Shown here: piece after piece, positions 11,424 through 25,584 of the stretch
How the letters are laid out: every line of letters starts with the position of its first letter
How positions within the stretch are numbered: position 1 is the stretch's first letter
Assembly (NCBI GenBank): GCA_002104945.1
Contig: MCFH01000002.1
Span: 558,001 to 622,000 of the forward strand
DNA length: 64,000 bases
Direction: 5' to 3'
From: Piromyces finnis finn
Lineage: Eukaryota; Fungi; Neocallimastigomycota
The notes under the pieces: generated by a model
Seen by the model: the letters and a program-made list of their open reading frames with translations, nothing else
What the model was told of the DNA's origin: nothing
Databases searched by the model: none
Position numbers and translations under genes: made by a program

Positions 11424-13499
11424 TTTTATCATCCATTATAATTATATAATTATAATTTCAAAATTAAAACTTTACTTATACCTTACTACTAATTATTTAA
11501 CATAAATGTATTATAAATAATTAGCAGATTTAATATTAAAAAGAATAAAAAATAATATGTACCATTTTTTTCATCATTAATCACTGTCACTTTTTCTTTA
11601 ACACTCTTTTCTTACTACTTTTTTATATCTTTTTCTATTATAACTCCCTTCTTTTTTTTTTTTACTGCTATCATTACTTTTTTATTATTCCTTCTTCTTC
11701 TTCTATTTACTACTATCTTCATTTTACTATTATTATTAATAATAATTTATAATATTTTCTTTTATTTTAATGTTATTTATTCTTTCATTATTATTGTCTT
11801 TTATCAACTTCTGTTCCTATATCACCTATTAGTAATTTTTCATCCTTTTTCTATTATTACTATTTTTATTATTTTTTTTTTTTACATAATTTTTTTATAC
11901 TTTTACTGTTTTTACTTTTTTTTTTTATTTTCTTCAATATTTATTATATTTTTTTTTATTATTACTTTTAAACCTTTTTATTTATATTATTAAAATTAAT
12001 GATTAAAAAAAAAAAAAAAAAAAAAAAACCAAGAAATAAAAATATGAAAAATATGATAGTTAATATCATAATGTTAAATGTACATAGTACTATTGCTCGT
12101 TTATTGAGATGATGAATTAACTACTTTTTTTGTTGTTTTAGAATAATAATATTGAATTTATTTTGTGGGTAAAGTATTAAAATTTTAGATTTTAGATTTT
12201 TTATAATTAAGTTTTAATAAATTGTTTATTTTTATAAATGTTAAGTTTAATTATAATTAATTATTGATATAGATTAAAAAAAAAAAAAAAAGAAAATGAA
12301 AAATAAGCATTACTAATTTTAAATTAGTAAGAATATATTAATATATATATTTCCTTATTTATATTTTATTTTATTTTATTATAATTTTTTTTTATAATTG
12401 ATGAAACAAAAAATAAATAAACAAACAAAATGCCATTATAATTATAGGTATTAGACTTAATTAGAAGTTTATTTTTATTATATAATAAAAGCCATGTCAA
12501 GATTTAAGATTTATGATATGCTATTAATTTATTTATATTTATTTTAAGCTAAAAAAATATTAATTTATTAATATGCATTTATTCAAGAAACATTAAAAAA
12601 CTGAATCTAATTTATTTTTCAAAATGAAGATACTACTCTAATAACTCAATGAATTTAATTTTAAATAAAATATTAAATGTTTAAATATTTCTTTTCTCTT
12701 TTTTTATTAAATATTTAAATTGTATATATAGGTTTAAAAATAAAACCAAATTTAATTCAATATTAGATAAAAAAGACTGATATAGAAACAGAAACCAAAA
12801 AAAAAAAGTTTAAAATTGAATCTGTATATTTTAAAAGTTATATGTAATATTAAATCTTAATTACAAAAATTATTTCTAAGTCTATATATCATTTTAATAC
12901 CACATTTAAATAACTTTAATTTTTTATCATTTATCTAAAAATAATAAAAAGTTAAAGTGACCTTATTAAGTTTGATGAGATAGATTAAAATTATTCCTAA
13001 TTTGTAGTACATCCATATTTTAATTGTCATATTTTTCGTTTAACTGTATTAAAAGATTTTCTCATATCTTTTTTATTACTTTTTTTTTTTAAAAAAAAAT
13101 GGTTATAAGAGTTAAAGCATACTTAATTCACTATTAGATCTTTAAAAGTAACTTTTTAGTATTTGTTTTTAATTTTTCAAAATATGATTTTCTAATGCTC
13201 TGATTTATATACTCCATTGTTTATGGTATGGTATACATCTATATATAGTTTTACCTATTATTATCAGAAAAAAAAATTTAGAAACTTTATAGTTTAATTT
13301 ATTTATTGATAATAAAAATGTTATATATAATGGTGAAATAATGTTGAAATTTAATAAATATGGGAGAGAAGTAGAATTGGATTAAATTCTCCATAAAATA
13401 CTAAAGCATAAATAATAGTTTGTTGATGCTATTATTCATATATGAAGAAATACTTTAAAACTTTACAAAAATATAAAGATATTTATAAATAAAATCAAT

Positions 13500-16400
13500 C
13501 AAAATGTCATTTATTTCATTATTATCTCCAAAACAATTTTTTTCCTGGAGATAGTTCATTTACTATTTTTATTATGACTTTATAACAGTTTTTTTTTATA
13601 TTTAATAATAACAACAAAATTTAAATATTGAAAAAAGGTTAATTTATATTTTATTAAAGATAGAATTCAAATTTTATTTATCCTTAAATTTAATTTTTTT
13701 TTTTTTTTATTACTGCTATTTTAAATAAAAATGTCAAGTAATTAGTAAACTATACAATTATATGAATTGTGATATAATAAAAACAATATTAACTTTTTCA
13801 CTTTTCTATAATAGAAAATGGAAAATAATAAATTTTTTTTTAATAATTTATTTATATTTTAATAATTTTTGATGGTGTAATTAGGATTTAACAATAATTT
13901 AATGTCATTTTTTTATTTAAAATGACAGTTGACAGCTGACAATAAATTTAATTTGTGTTAAAGAAATATTAAAAAAAAAAAAAAAAATAATTTGACAGCT
14001 ATCAAAAAAAAAAAAAAAAAAAGGAATTATATTTTAATTCAATTTTGATGTGTAAAAAAAAAGATGAGTTTTTTATTAATTTTGATTTTATCATAAAACT
14101 TTTTAATTTATTGACTTTTAATAATTAATTTATTTAAGATAATATTATTAATTCATTTAATAATGATTGAGTTGAAATAATATAGAATTTTGATTTAATA
14201 TTAATTCTATTTAAATTTTAAATTAAAAGTTAAATAATATATTATTATAATACATTGATAATATATTTGATATTTAAAAAAAAAGAGTAAAAACATTGGC
14301 ATTTTTTTTGTGTGTTTTTATTGGCTAAAAATAATTGAGTTTTTTTTATTAATTTTTATAAATAAATCTATAATTGTGATATATAAATAATGTATTGTAA
14401 TATATATAAATAATTATAATACTCTATATTGGCATTTTTAGCATTTCTATCATGTTAAATCATTGGTGGAGAATATTATAAAATCCTATTTATTAATTAA
14501 AGAATATAATTTTATTAAAATTATAAAATAATAATATATTCTAATATATTGAAAATATATAAGAATAACTATTTTAGAAATTTGAAAAAAATAAATCATT
14601 TAATGGACCTATAATATTAATACCAAGAAATTTTAAGCTATTTTTTTATTTATAAATAAATATTAATAATATATTAAAATCTAATGTAATATAAAATACA
14701 AATAAAATATTTTCATTTCTTTTAATTCTTAATATTAATAATATTATAAATATTGTAAATAAAAAATTAAACCTTTCATATCGTGTTCTACTAAATAATA
14801 ATAATAATAATAAAAATAGTAATAATACTAATAGAATATGAATTATTTAATATGTCAATATTTGTCATATTATACATAAACGAGAAATCCAAATCTTTTT
14901 TTCTTTTTGCTTATTCTATAGATAGAATATAATAATGATTTCGTATTATGTTCTATTACATCTTTACACCTTTTTAGTAGTTTTTATAAAGCAATAATTT
15001 ATTTTTTATTATCGGAAAAATAAATTTTGATATGGAAATAAAAAAAAAAAGAAAAAAAAAGTTTTAAGGTTAAGACATCGTATTTACTATTTAAAATTTG
15101 ACATAATTGAATGATTCATGGTTTATGAATGGTGGTCAAATAATGTTTATTTTTGTAATATACTTAATATTAAAATTAATTAAAACTTAATATTTTGATA
15201 GGAATTTAAAATCTTGACGTCTATTTACTAATAATGAAAAAATCATAGAAATATTATTTTTAATAGTATGACCTACCTACTTTACTCTATATATAATTTT
15301 TGTTTTTAAAAAATGAGTCACTTTTATAAAAATGGTAATCTAAAAAAAATAATATAATTATACATTATTTCCTTGAAACATCTATACTGCTTATTTATTT
15401 ATTCTTTTATGTTTAAATAGTAAGAATTAAAAAAATATATATTGGAAATGTTTCCTGCAATTATTATATGATATTAAATTATTATTATTATTTAAAAAGC
15501 TTATTATTCTATCCTTTAATTCTAATTCTAATAAAGGTAATAATAAATATTATTTGATAAATTGTTATTTGTATCTGAAAAATAACAAATTATTTTTTTT
15601 ATTTCTCTAAATATGCCTTAAGTAACGTGATAAGTTAGTATAAAATTGTATTTAGATAAAGTTTATGCCTAGAAATTTATTATAGTTAATTTTTTTTTGT
15701 TCTATCTATTTTTAAATAAAATATCTATATAAAAATTGATATAAATTTAAATTGAAAAAATCATACTATTAATATATAATAATATATGATTAATTCTAAT
15801 TAATTCATTATTAATATGAGTAGAACAACATATAATTTTTTTTTTTAATATTAAATCATATAGTTATACTCAATGATTATGTTATTGCATGATTTCAGCT
15901 ATAATTATGCGAATAATATAAATATATTATTATTTTATATATTTTAAAGTACCTTTTTATAATAATACTAATAAAAAAGAATATTTCAAATATTGCTTTT
16001 TTTTTTTTTTTTGTTTATTATATTATACTATAGTTATTTATACCACAAAAAATTTGACATTTCATATCAAATATAAATATAATATAAATCCTATATATTT
16101 TATTATATTGAAATTCTATTAAATGTCAAAATAAAAAAATTTTAATTAAAATTTAATTTTTTTATATGTTAAAAAGTGTCAATTCTATATTAAAATCATG
16201 TCAAAAATTTATTATAATTTATTAATTATTATAATATATAACAATAAATTATAAAAGTTAATATATTGAATACATTGTTGTTTAATAAAGAAAAAGGTCA
16301 AAAAAAAAAAAAAATGAATCATTCCATTTTATGCTATAAATAAATTTATGTCAAATACTTTAATATGTCAATTTCAACTCTTCTATTCTGTAATATATAT
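13500..16400. promoter_or_regulatory. Candidate cis-regulatory cluster of TGACA/TGTCA motifs
   Basis: About 16 copies counted by eye in 2.9 kb, including TGACAGTTGACAGCTGACA at 13923-13941, versus roughly 1 per kb in other intergenic parts. Function is inferred only. Confidence 0.35.
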
Positions 16401-18246
16401 AAAAGCTAAATTTGTACATAAAATGCATTTCAGCTTATGTATTATTTTATTATGATAAAATGTTTTTAATCTATAATTTATTTCCTAATTAAGACTATTT
16501 GTATTTCAATTATTTTTTTATTACTAAAAATGGAGGTGGATTGTAAAAAGTGCATTATCAAATAATCATTTAATAAATAAATAATTACATTTCTATTTTA
16601 TTTTTATACTATTTAATAATGTTAGTTCATTCCATTATTACTATTTATTATTTTGTACTATTTTTTTTTTTAAATTAATGTTTAGGCACCTCCATAAAAT
16701 CATATTTTTAAACAAAAAAAAAAAAACAGGTTATGATACTTCATAGATTTTGATTCCTAAAAAAAAAATTATAAAAAAAAATACATTTTTAATTATTTTC
16801 ATATATTATTAATACATTACTACTATTCATATATAAATTTCAAAAAATAAATTAAAAATATATTTCCAATATAATTGTAAATATATTAATAATATATAGA
16901 TTTTAAATAAGTTGTAAGGTTCAATGAAATAATAGAAATAATAAATAAATGATAAAAGATAGAAATATTAACCTTAATTCCAACTATTGAAAAAATTAAT
17001 TATTACAATATAATTAATATATTAGTAAGAACATTGAAATATAATTATCATTTTATTGGTAAATCAATTGACATATATTATTTTATTCATTTTTTATATG
17101 TAGGAGTTTGAAATATAATAATTTAATAGATATAAGTAGTATTTTTAAAATCTTGGCGTAAAATTTTATTAAAGCCATTTGTAAAAAATAGTATTTTATA
17201 GAATAGAATATAAACATATATAAACTATTAAAGAAAAGAAGCCTATTATAATTGAAATTCGAATTTGAAAGTGTAAAAGATCTGTATTAGTAAAAATGAT
17301 TATATTACTTTGCTATAAGTTTAAGAAATATTTTATCCTTATTAAAGCTATTATTATTCTAAATTTATTCAAATTCATCAAGTTTAATTATTCAATAATA
17401 AATAATATAAAAAAAACATTCATTAACAAGATGATGGATATAGGTTAAAATAATAAATAATAATATATTATCAATACATTATGTATATATAAATAATATA
17501 TAAAATTTTTATTTTATATAACAAAATATTTGAATATTAAATATAGTTTTTTTTATTATTTATTTTTAATAAGTCTAAATATAGTAAATTTCTTGGTCTA
17601 TCATTAATGACGGATTTGATTACCAAAAAAAAACATAATAATGAAAGCAATTATGTCAATTTTATGGATTAAATCAAGTAAAAATCAAAATTTTACATAA
17701 ACTCTTTTTTTGAATGATGGTTTTTTGAAAAGTAAAGAATGAATAATATTATAAAAGCAATACTGTTGTAATTTACAAGATTTATTTATCATAAGGCTTT
17801 AGATGAGATTGAATAGATATATTATTCACATTGAAATTATTTTATATTAATTTTCATAGCAATGAAGGTTTATATTAATAACTGTAAATATTCATTAATT
17901 TATTGCCGTTTTTTTTTTAACAGTATATTGTAGTTTTAAGGGTTATATAATAGATACATCGTGGCCTAAGAGTAAATTTACTAAAATATTCAAAAAACTA
18001 TTTTTTTCTCATTGTTGAATTATGAAATAATTATATGAATTTATTTGAGGATAAGTTCATTAGTGAAAATTAAAAAAAAAAAAATAAAATAAGCGAATAG
18101 TTTTTCTTTTTTTTTTTTTTATATGAGATAATATGAAATAATATGAAATAAATAGACAAGTATGCTAATCCTTTATTTTTTAATATACTGCTAATAATAA
18201 TTATAATCAAAAATTTAACTATACTACTACTACTACTAATAATTAT

Positions 18247-18302
18247 AAATAATAAATAATAAATAATAAATAATAAATAATAAATAATAAATAATAAATA
18301 AT
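18247..18302. repeat. 7-bp tandem repeat (AAATAAT)n
   Basis: About 8 tandem units visible. Confidence 0.9.
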
Positions 18303-19872
18303 ATTAGTTAACATCATAATTATTATTATTATTATTCTTATTACTGAATTTCAACATTACTACATTCAATAATAATAATAATAATAATAAAAAAAAGATA
18401 ATGATGCATTTTTTAAATCATAGTTTATTTTTTTAATTTAAAGTATCCTTTCTTTTCATTTATTTTTAATTTTTATTATTTTAGTCAATGGAAATTTTTT
18501 GATAATATATTACTTTACATATATTTTAATATATTATTATATATTATATATTTCAACCATTATTTTTTATTTTTTATTTTATAATATATTGTTTTCATAT
18601 ATTAATTATGAGTATGTGGTTATTTTAATAACAAAAAAATATATTCTATTTTTAAAGGAAAGTTAACAATAAAATAATATATTATAATATATATTATAAT
18701 ATATTATTTTATTGTTAACTTTATATTGAAACATTATATACAAAGCTTAAATGATATAGAATCTAATTCTAGGTATTTTTGTCATTTGGGTATATAAATT
18801 ATAATTCATTTTTATAATTATAAAATTTGATGTTGACAGGTATTTAATTGACTTTATTCATTCAATATACAATATTTAAATTATTTATATATTGTTGGTA
18901 ATATATATTAATTTACCATATTTTAAATTTTGTTTAAACAGTTTTAAATAACATTTCAAAAATTTGATTACATCATTGGCTTGGTTGTTAAATATATCAC
19001 TATAATTATATAGCTCATCTAATATAATTCATTATCATAAAAATTATGACTACTTAATAGGTTTGTATTATAACTAGTTGTTTCAAGAATTTTTTTTATA
19101 TTCTTAGTTTAAAAAGAAAAAGGTCTAATTTTTGAAATAAATATATATACGAAATAAGTATTACTTAGTTAATAAAATTTATATTGTAATATATTGTTAT
19201 ATAAATTAAAATATATTCAAAGTATTAATTTAATATATTATTAATATTATTTTTAATATATATGTACAACTTATTTTTTAGATAGTTCTTTCATTTTAAT
19301 GAACTGTGTTTCAATATAATATCATATACATTTAATATATCAATTTATATATTTTTAAATTAATATTGGAATTAGTAATACATTTAAATTTTCTGTTTTT
19401 TTTTTTTATTTTTTTTTTTATTTTTCCATTGATAATAAAAAATATAAAATCTTAAATTATAGTTTTTTTTTTTTTGAAAAAGTATAAATAAATAAATTTT
19501 TCCCTTATTTTAATTTTAAAGAGAATTGTTAGAATTTATATATTTAAATTTCGTTAGAAATATAGAGAAAAAAGTATTTATTATTATAAGTTTTAAAAAA
19601 TTATATTCCAATAGAGTGAAGTTTTTAATTTTCTTAAAAAAATAATTTTAAATAAAATCAAAAAACGTTATATAGATAAAACTATATATAATAATAACAA
19701 TAACAACAATAATAAAAACTATGAAAGAGATAGAAATTAAAATTTAAAAAAGATTTTTTTCATATTAATAAGTATCATTTAAACTATCACCTAATAAAAT
19801 TATTATCAATACAATAATAATCTATTATTATTATTATAATAATAAAAACATTACCATAATAAATTATACATA

Positions 19873-21425
19873 ATGAAAGTAGAAGGTATTAATTTGTTTA
19901 TAAAAATAATGAATCAAAAATAGACATGCTATATATATATATTAATTGATATTTACCAACTCTTCATATACTCTATATTGTAGGAATGATAAATATGCCT
20001 CAAAACATTCAAAATATACCAGTTCTTAAAAGAGAGGGTCAACAAGGAAATATGAAATCAGATATTGATGTTGCAAATGTATTATTACAATTAAAAGATA
20101 AAGAAGAACAAGAAGCTGAATTCCAAGTAGAAGAAAAAAATATAAATAATAAGAAAAAAATGATGTTTGAAGATTTAATGAAGAGAAAAGCATTAAGTGA
20201 AAATTACAAATTCAATTTAACAGCTTCTCCAAGTGATAATGACATTGGTGATAATAAATACTCAAAGAATATAAACCCATATCGTTCACCATCATCTACA
20301 GTATATTCTTCACCTGTATTAGGACAAATGGAAAGAATTGAAGATGCTATGGTAACAAAAGATGATGCATCTTATAGAAGTAATACTACTGTTTTACCAC
20401 CAGTGAAATATCTTTTAGAAACAAAGACAATTAATTCCTCCATGAGAAATAATATATTACCAATTCCAGATTTACCATCCTTTAAAGTTAGAGTTAGTAG
20501 TATATCTGATCATTTAAAAATTCATCCATATAAAATGGAAATGAATAAGGAAGATCTTTTATACTACAAAAGTTTTAGTAACCAACAAAATGATTTCAAA
20601 GTCAGAAAACAACTATCTTATCCCTTTGTGAGAAATAATGAAAATAACAACAATATACCCAATAATCAAAATCTTCAATATAATAATAATAATAGTAATG
20701 AGGGAATCATAAATGAAAAAATTATTAATTTTTCACATAGTAATCCATCTCCAAATTCTGATCATATGTATACTCATCAAATAAGACAACCTCAACAACC
20801 ATTAGATAACCTCCCTCCACCTACTATGATTGTTGATCAAAATACTAAAAACCAAAATCCAAATTCATATACACACTATCAACAACCTTATTATTCAAAT
20901 ACAAATAATTCAAGTTCAACAAATGTCCCATCCTATAACAACAATAATACACTATCAGAACAAGAAAACCCCAGTAGAAATATTGTTAATGAACCAATGA
21001 ATGTTGATAATGTTCATAATTTGATGATTCAAAATAATAATTTTGATTCTATTGACATTAATAAGACCATTAAATTATGTACTAATGATACAAATGGAAC
21101 CAATAGTGCAAGTATACCAAATGGTCCTAATGTTAATGTTTCATCAAAGAGATTTGGTCCAATTCCAGGAAAGAAAAAGGAAAAAGAATCAAGAAGATTC
21201 CCAAAATATATTATTCATATTTTGGAAACTTCTTATAATACATCTCATTACCCATCGAATAATGAAAAAGATAGACTTGTTCATGAGACCAAATTAACTC
21301 ATCGTCAAATCAATGATTGGTTTATTAACAAACGTGCTAGATCAAGTTGTAGTCATCAAAACAAGAGAAGAAATTCAAAGAAGATAAAATTACAACAAAA
21401 GCAGCAATCTTCATCCCCAAAGTAA
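19873..21425 (+). CDS. Homeodomain transcription factor with Asn/Gln-rich low-complexity N-terminus
   Basis: C-terminal homeodomain RRFPKYIIHILETSYNTSHYPSNNEKDRLVHETKLTHRQINDWFINKRAR. Probable 13-nt first exon 19873-19885 (ATGAAAGTAGAAG|gt) spliced in frame to 19984; main ORF 19986..21425. Confidence 0.85.
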
Positions 21426-22697
21426 AACATGAAAATAACCTAAATGATAGTTTCCTTTCATTCTCTCTTTTTTTTTTTTTATTATAAAAAAAATAATACA
21501 AACACCAAAAACGACAATATTATCTTTCAAAGTAGAAATAAAAGCAAATATATTATACCTCTTTTTTTTTTTTTTTCATTAATTTCATATCAAAATATTA
21601 AACATTCAAAGCAAGCATATATTTTTAAAAATAAAATTTTAACCTCAATTTGTTATTAATTTATTTTAATTATTTTACTTTATTTTTTTTTTATTAAATT
21701 TAATATGAAATGTGATTATGATCAACTTTTTCAAACCATTAAATATATTAGTATAACTGGCTTATATTTTTATTCAATCGTTTTATTTTAATAAACACTA
21801 TACTATTTTAATTGTACAAATTTTACAAAAAAAGGTTAAAAATAATCTTAAGAAAAAAAAATATCAATATATTTATCTATGCACATTCACGCAAAAAATT
21901 AATATAAGAAGTGTTGTTTATTTATTTATTATTAAGTGTCTTAATTTGATAGTAGAGTAAATAATAAAAATAATTCTATTTAATATTAATCATTTTATCA
22001 TTAAACCAACATTTATGTAGTAAATTTTTTTTTTATTTATAAAATTTATTAACTATAACAGAATTCAATAAATTCATTAATCATTTTTAAATATTTAAAA
22101 ATGTTTGTTACAGTTAAGAAAAAAATAAAAGAAATAATATGGATGTAAAAAAAAAAAAAAAAAAAGACTTTTAATATGAAATATTGAGACTTTCTTTTAT
22201 TTATTAATCATTCTATAAGGATTATATATATTTGTAGTATTAAAATACTTTTTTTTTTTTTTTTAAAAAAAGAAGAAAAAGATTTAATTATTTATTTAAT
22301 TTATATACAGGAATAAATAATGAGTATTTAATACCATAAAGTATATGTTATTATATTGTTTTATTTGTGTTAACATGATAATAAAAAGAAAGGAATATAT
22401 TAAATTAAATATCTTGTAATTGTGGTCTTTTATTCTATTATTATTTAGTATATTATCGATTATATTATTATAAAAATTTAAATATATATTTTGGTAGATT
22501 ATGGTTTATAATAATTTGGACTATTTGTAGATGTTATCTATAGGATACTCTTTTTTATAATCATGCATATTTTTCTGGTGATGTAATTAAAAAATGTAAC
22601 CGATTTCAATATTAATAGTATTTTTGAAACTATGTTTAATTTAGAGTTTCATTATTAGTAACTAGCCTGTTTTTGGTTATATATTCTGATGTCTGAT

Positions 22698-22730
<33 letters not shown>

Positions 22731-22902
22731 TTTTATTTAGTTACATTTAAGTTTTAATATATATGATTTTCCAAGTTTTTTTGGATAACATTCTTTTTAA
22801 AAATTTTATTGAATTGTGTAAAGACTTATTTTTTTATACAAGTATTTAAATTTTTTTGACTATTTTTTTTTTCCCTCTTTATTCTTTTAAAAAAAAAAAA
22901 AA

Positions 22903-23985
22903 ATGGAAATAAAAGATATTGAATACGAACCATTATTACCAATAGAATTTACAAGACCATTAGAAACAAGTAATTCATATAATTTATATATATTATTTAA
23001 AAAATATAATGATAAAGGAAACTGTGTTTATATATATATTTTTTTTTCCATTGCTAACATTTTAATACCATTCGATTAAAATAAAAATTCAATTTCTAAT
23101 TTAGTTGATATATGCATAGCGTCAATTGAACCAAAGAAGACAAATGATATTTTAAAGTAATTATCATCATTATCATTAATATTTTGGAAATTAAAAAAAC
23201 TCTAAAAATTAATAATTAAAGAATACTATAAAAATCATGAGCTTATAGATATTAAAAAGAATTATGTTATACTCAATGAAATATTTGATAATTTATATTG
23301 AATTTATTCTTTCTTTCTTTTTTTTTTTTTAACTGTATATATATATATATATATAATATAATTACGAAAAAAAACAGGATTCTCACATCTAAATTATCAT
23401 TAAATGATATGAATATTGGTCATTTAAAAAGAATAAAAAAATCAGAAAAACATGGTAATATAGAAAATATTGATAGCAATAAATATTAAAGTTTTTATAA
23501 CTATTTTTGTTATAATATTCATTAATAATCAAAACAAATTTAATTATTAATTCGATGATAGTAATATTTATTAAATTTCATTATTATGAATTACTAAAGA
23601 AATTAAAATCAAAATGAAATTTGAAATTCGAAATTTCAATTTAATTTTTTTTTAATTTAATTATTTTAAATTCTAAATCATTTATCACTTATTATTACAC
23701 CTAATTTATTATACTATATATATATATATTTAAAAAAGATAAATTGCTCGATGTAATTATAAATGTTTCAACAGATACCACAAAAACCGAAACTGAATTG
23801 AAAGAAATATTCAAAAATAATAATATTAATGAAGATGCTATAAAAGATTTTAGATTATGTAAGGCTTCCAAACATCCAGCCTATACTAAAAGTCAATTTA
23901 GTGAATGGAAAAACGTATGGCCAATGATATTTAAAGACCATGATAGTCAACAGTAACTAAAAAAATATAGCTTTTTTTTTTTTAC

Positions 23986-24016
<31 letters not shown>

Positions 24017-25033
24017 TTGAATTTTATAATACTTTTACTCCCTTTATATTGCATATTCTAATTTTATCTTTTATAATTATCTTTTATTATTGTTTTTATC
24101 ACTTTTATTATATTTCATCATTAAATGTAAAAGTAATTTGAAATTATCAGATGAAGATATTCAAAATATTAAAAAATGGTGTAGTGTTGCTTTGAAGAAA
24201 GCTGAAGAAGATAAACAAAAAAATCCGGATAATAAAGTATAATCAATTATATAACAATAATAATAATTTCACTTGAATATACGTTTTTATATTTTAGTTT
24301 ATTTAAATAAATTCTAAATTCTTTATTTTTATATATATTTCCATGATGAAATAGTATAATAATTGTACAGTTATTGTAAATCCGACATCACAAGAAGCTT
24401 TAGCTATTGAAACGGATAATAGAATAAAAGCTAATCATCCATTAAAACATTCAGTAATGGAATGTATAAAAACAATTTCAGATATACATAATGGAAAAGA
24501 TCATATTAATATCGAAACAGGTATATTATTAATTTAAATTATTTTATTATAAAAGAAGAAATAAAGAAAGAAATATATATATATTATATATATTCAATAA
24601 AGTTAACACTCTTCACTTATTTTATTATTATTAATTTATTAATTTATAGGTGATTCAATAAACAAAAAACGCAAATTAAATGAAGAAATCGATAGTAGTC
24701 AACCTTATTTATGTTCAAATTATGATTTATTTACAATTAAAGAACCATGTATAATGTATAGTATATATAAAATTTTCTAATTTATTATATAAATTATAAA
24801 CAAATAACAATTTTTTTTTTATTGATATTAATTTTTTTTATATTAAAACTTCTTAAAATACAATTATTTTGAAATGTTAAAGGTGTTGTATGGCCTTAGT
24901 TCACTCAAGAATTGGAAGAGTGTTTTATATTGAAAAGAATGATAGAGATGGAGGTTTAGAAAGTATTCATCAAATTCATATTCAACCTGAATTAAATCAT
25001 CATTTTCAAGTATTTAAAATAACTTTGAAATAA
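22903..25033 (+). CDS. TAD3: tRNA-specific adenosine deaminase subunit TAD3/ADAT3 (8 exons)
   Basis: Spliced by eye with GT-AG introns: exons 22903-22969, 23105-23156, 23378-23454, 23739-23952, ~24130-24236, ~24356-24520, ~24650-24755, ~24883-25033. Motifs [60 protein letters not shown]. Confidence 0.88.
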
Positions 25034-25394
25034 ATAGATTTCTCATAAATTATTTACACTCTAATTATTATTCCCACCTATAGAAATTAAATTTAAAATA
25101 AATGAATAAAAGAAAAAATAAACTATATAAAAAAATAAATGTTATTTAAAAGATATGTATATTTATATATATGTATATATCTTTTCTTTTTTTACTTCTT
25201 TTTATTAAATTATATTTAATTTTATTTTTTTAGTTATTTTTATTATAGTATATAATAGAAAAAATAAGTATATCATCTGTTATACGTTATACAATAAAAG
25301 TAGAAGTAAAAAAAAAAATTATATGTTTAAATTTTAGTAAATTTATTGTAGTATATCAATTTTGGATAATAGACTTTATAATTAATTAATTAAT

Positions 25395-25541
<147 letters not shown>

Positions 25542-25584
25542 GATAATAAAAAAAATTTTTTTTTCTTTCAAACATAAAATTAAA

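Noticed and set aside
17100-18060. Slightly GC-richer patches resembling decayed coding sequence (also ~13300-13560, 22400-22700, 55200-56480)
   Set aside because: All frames have frequent stops and no motif I can assign; needs tBLASTx.
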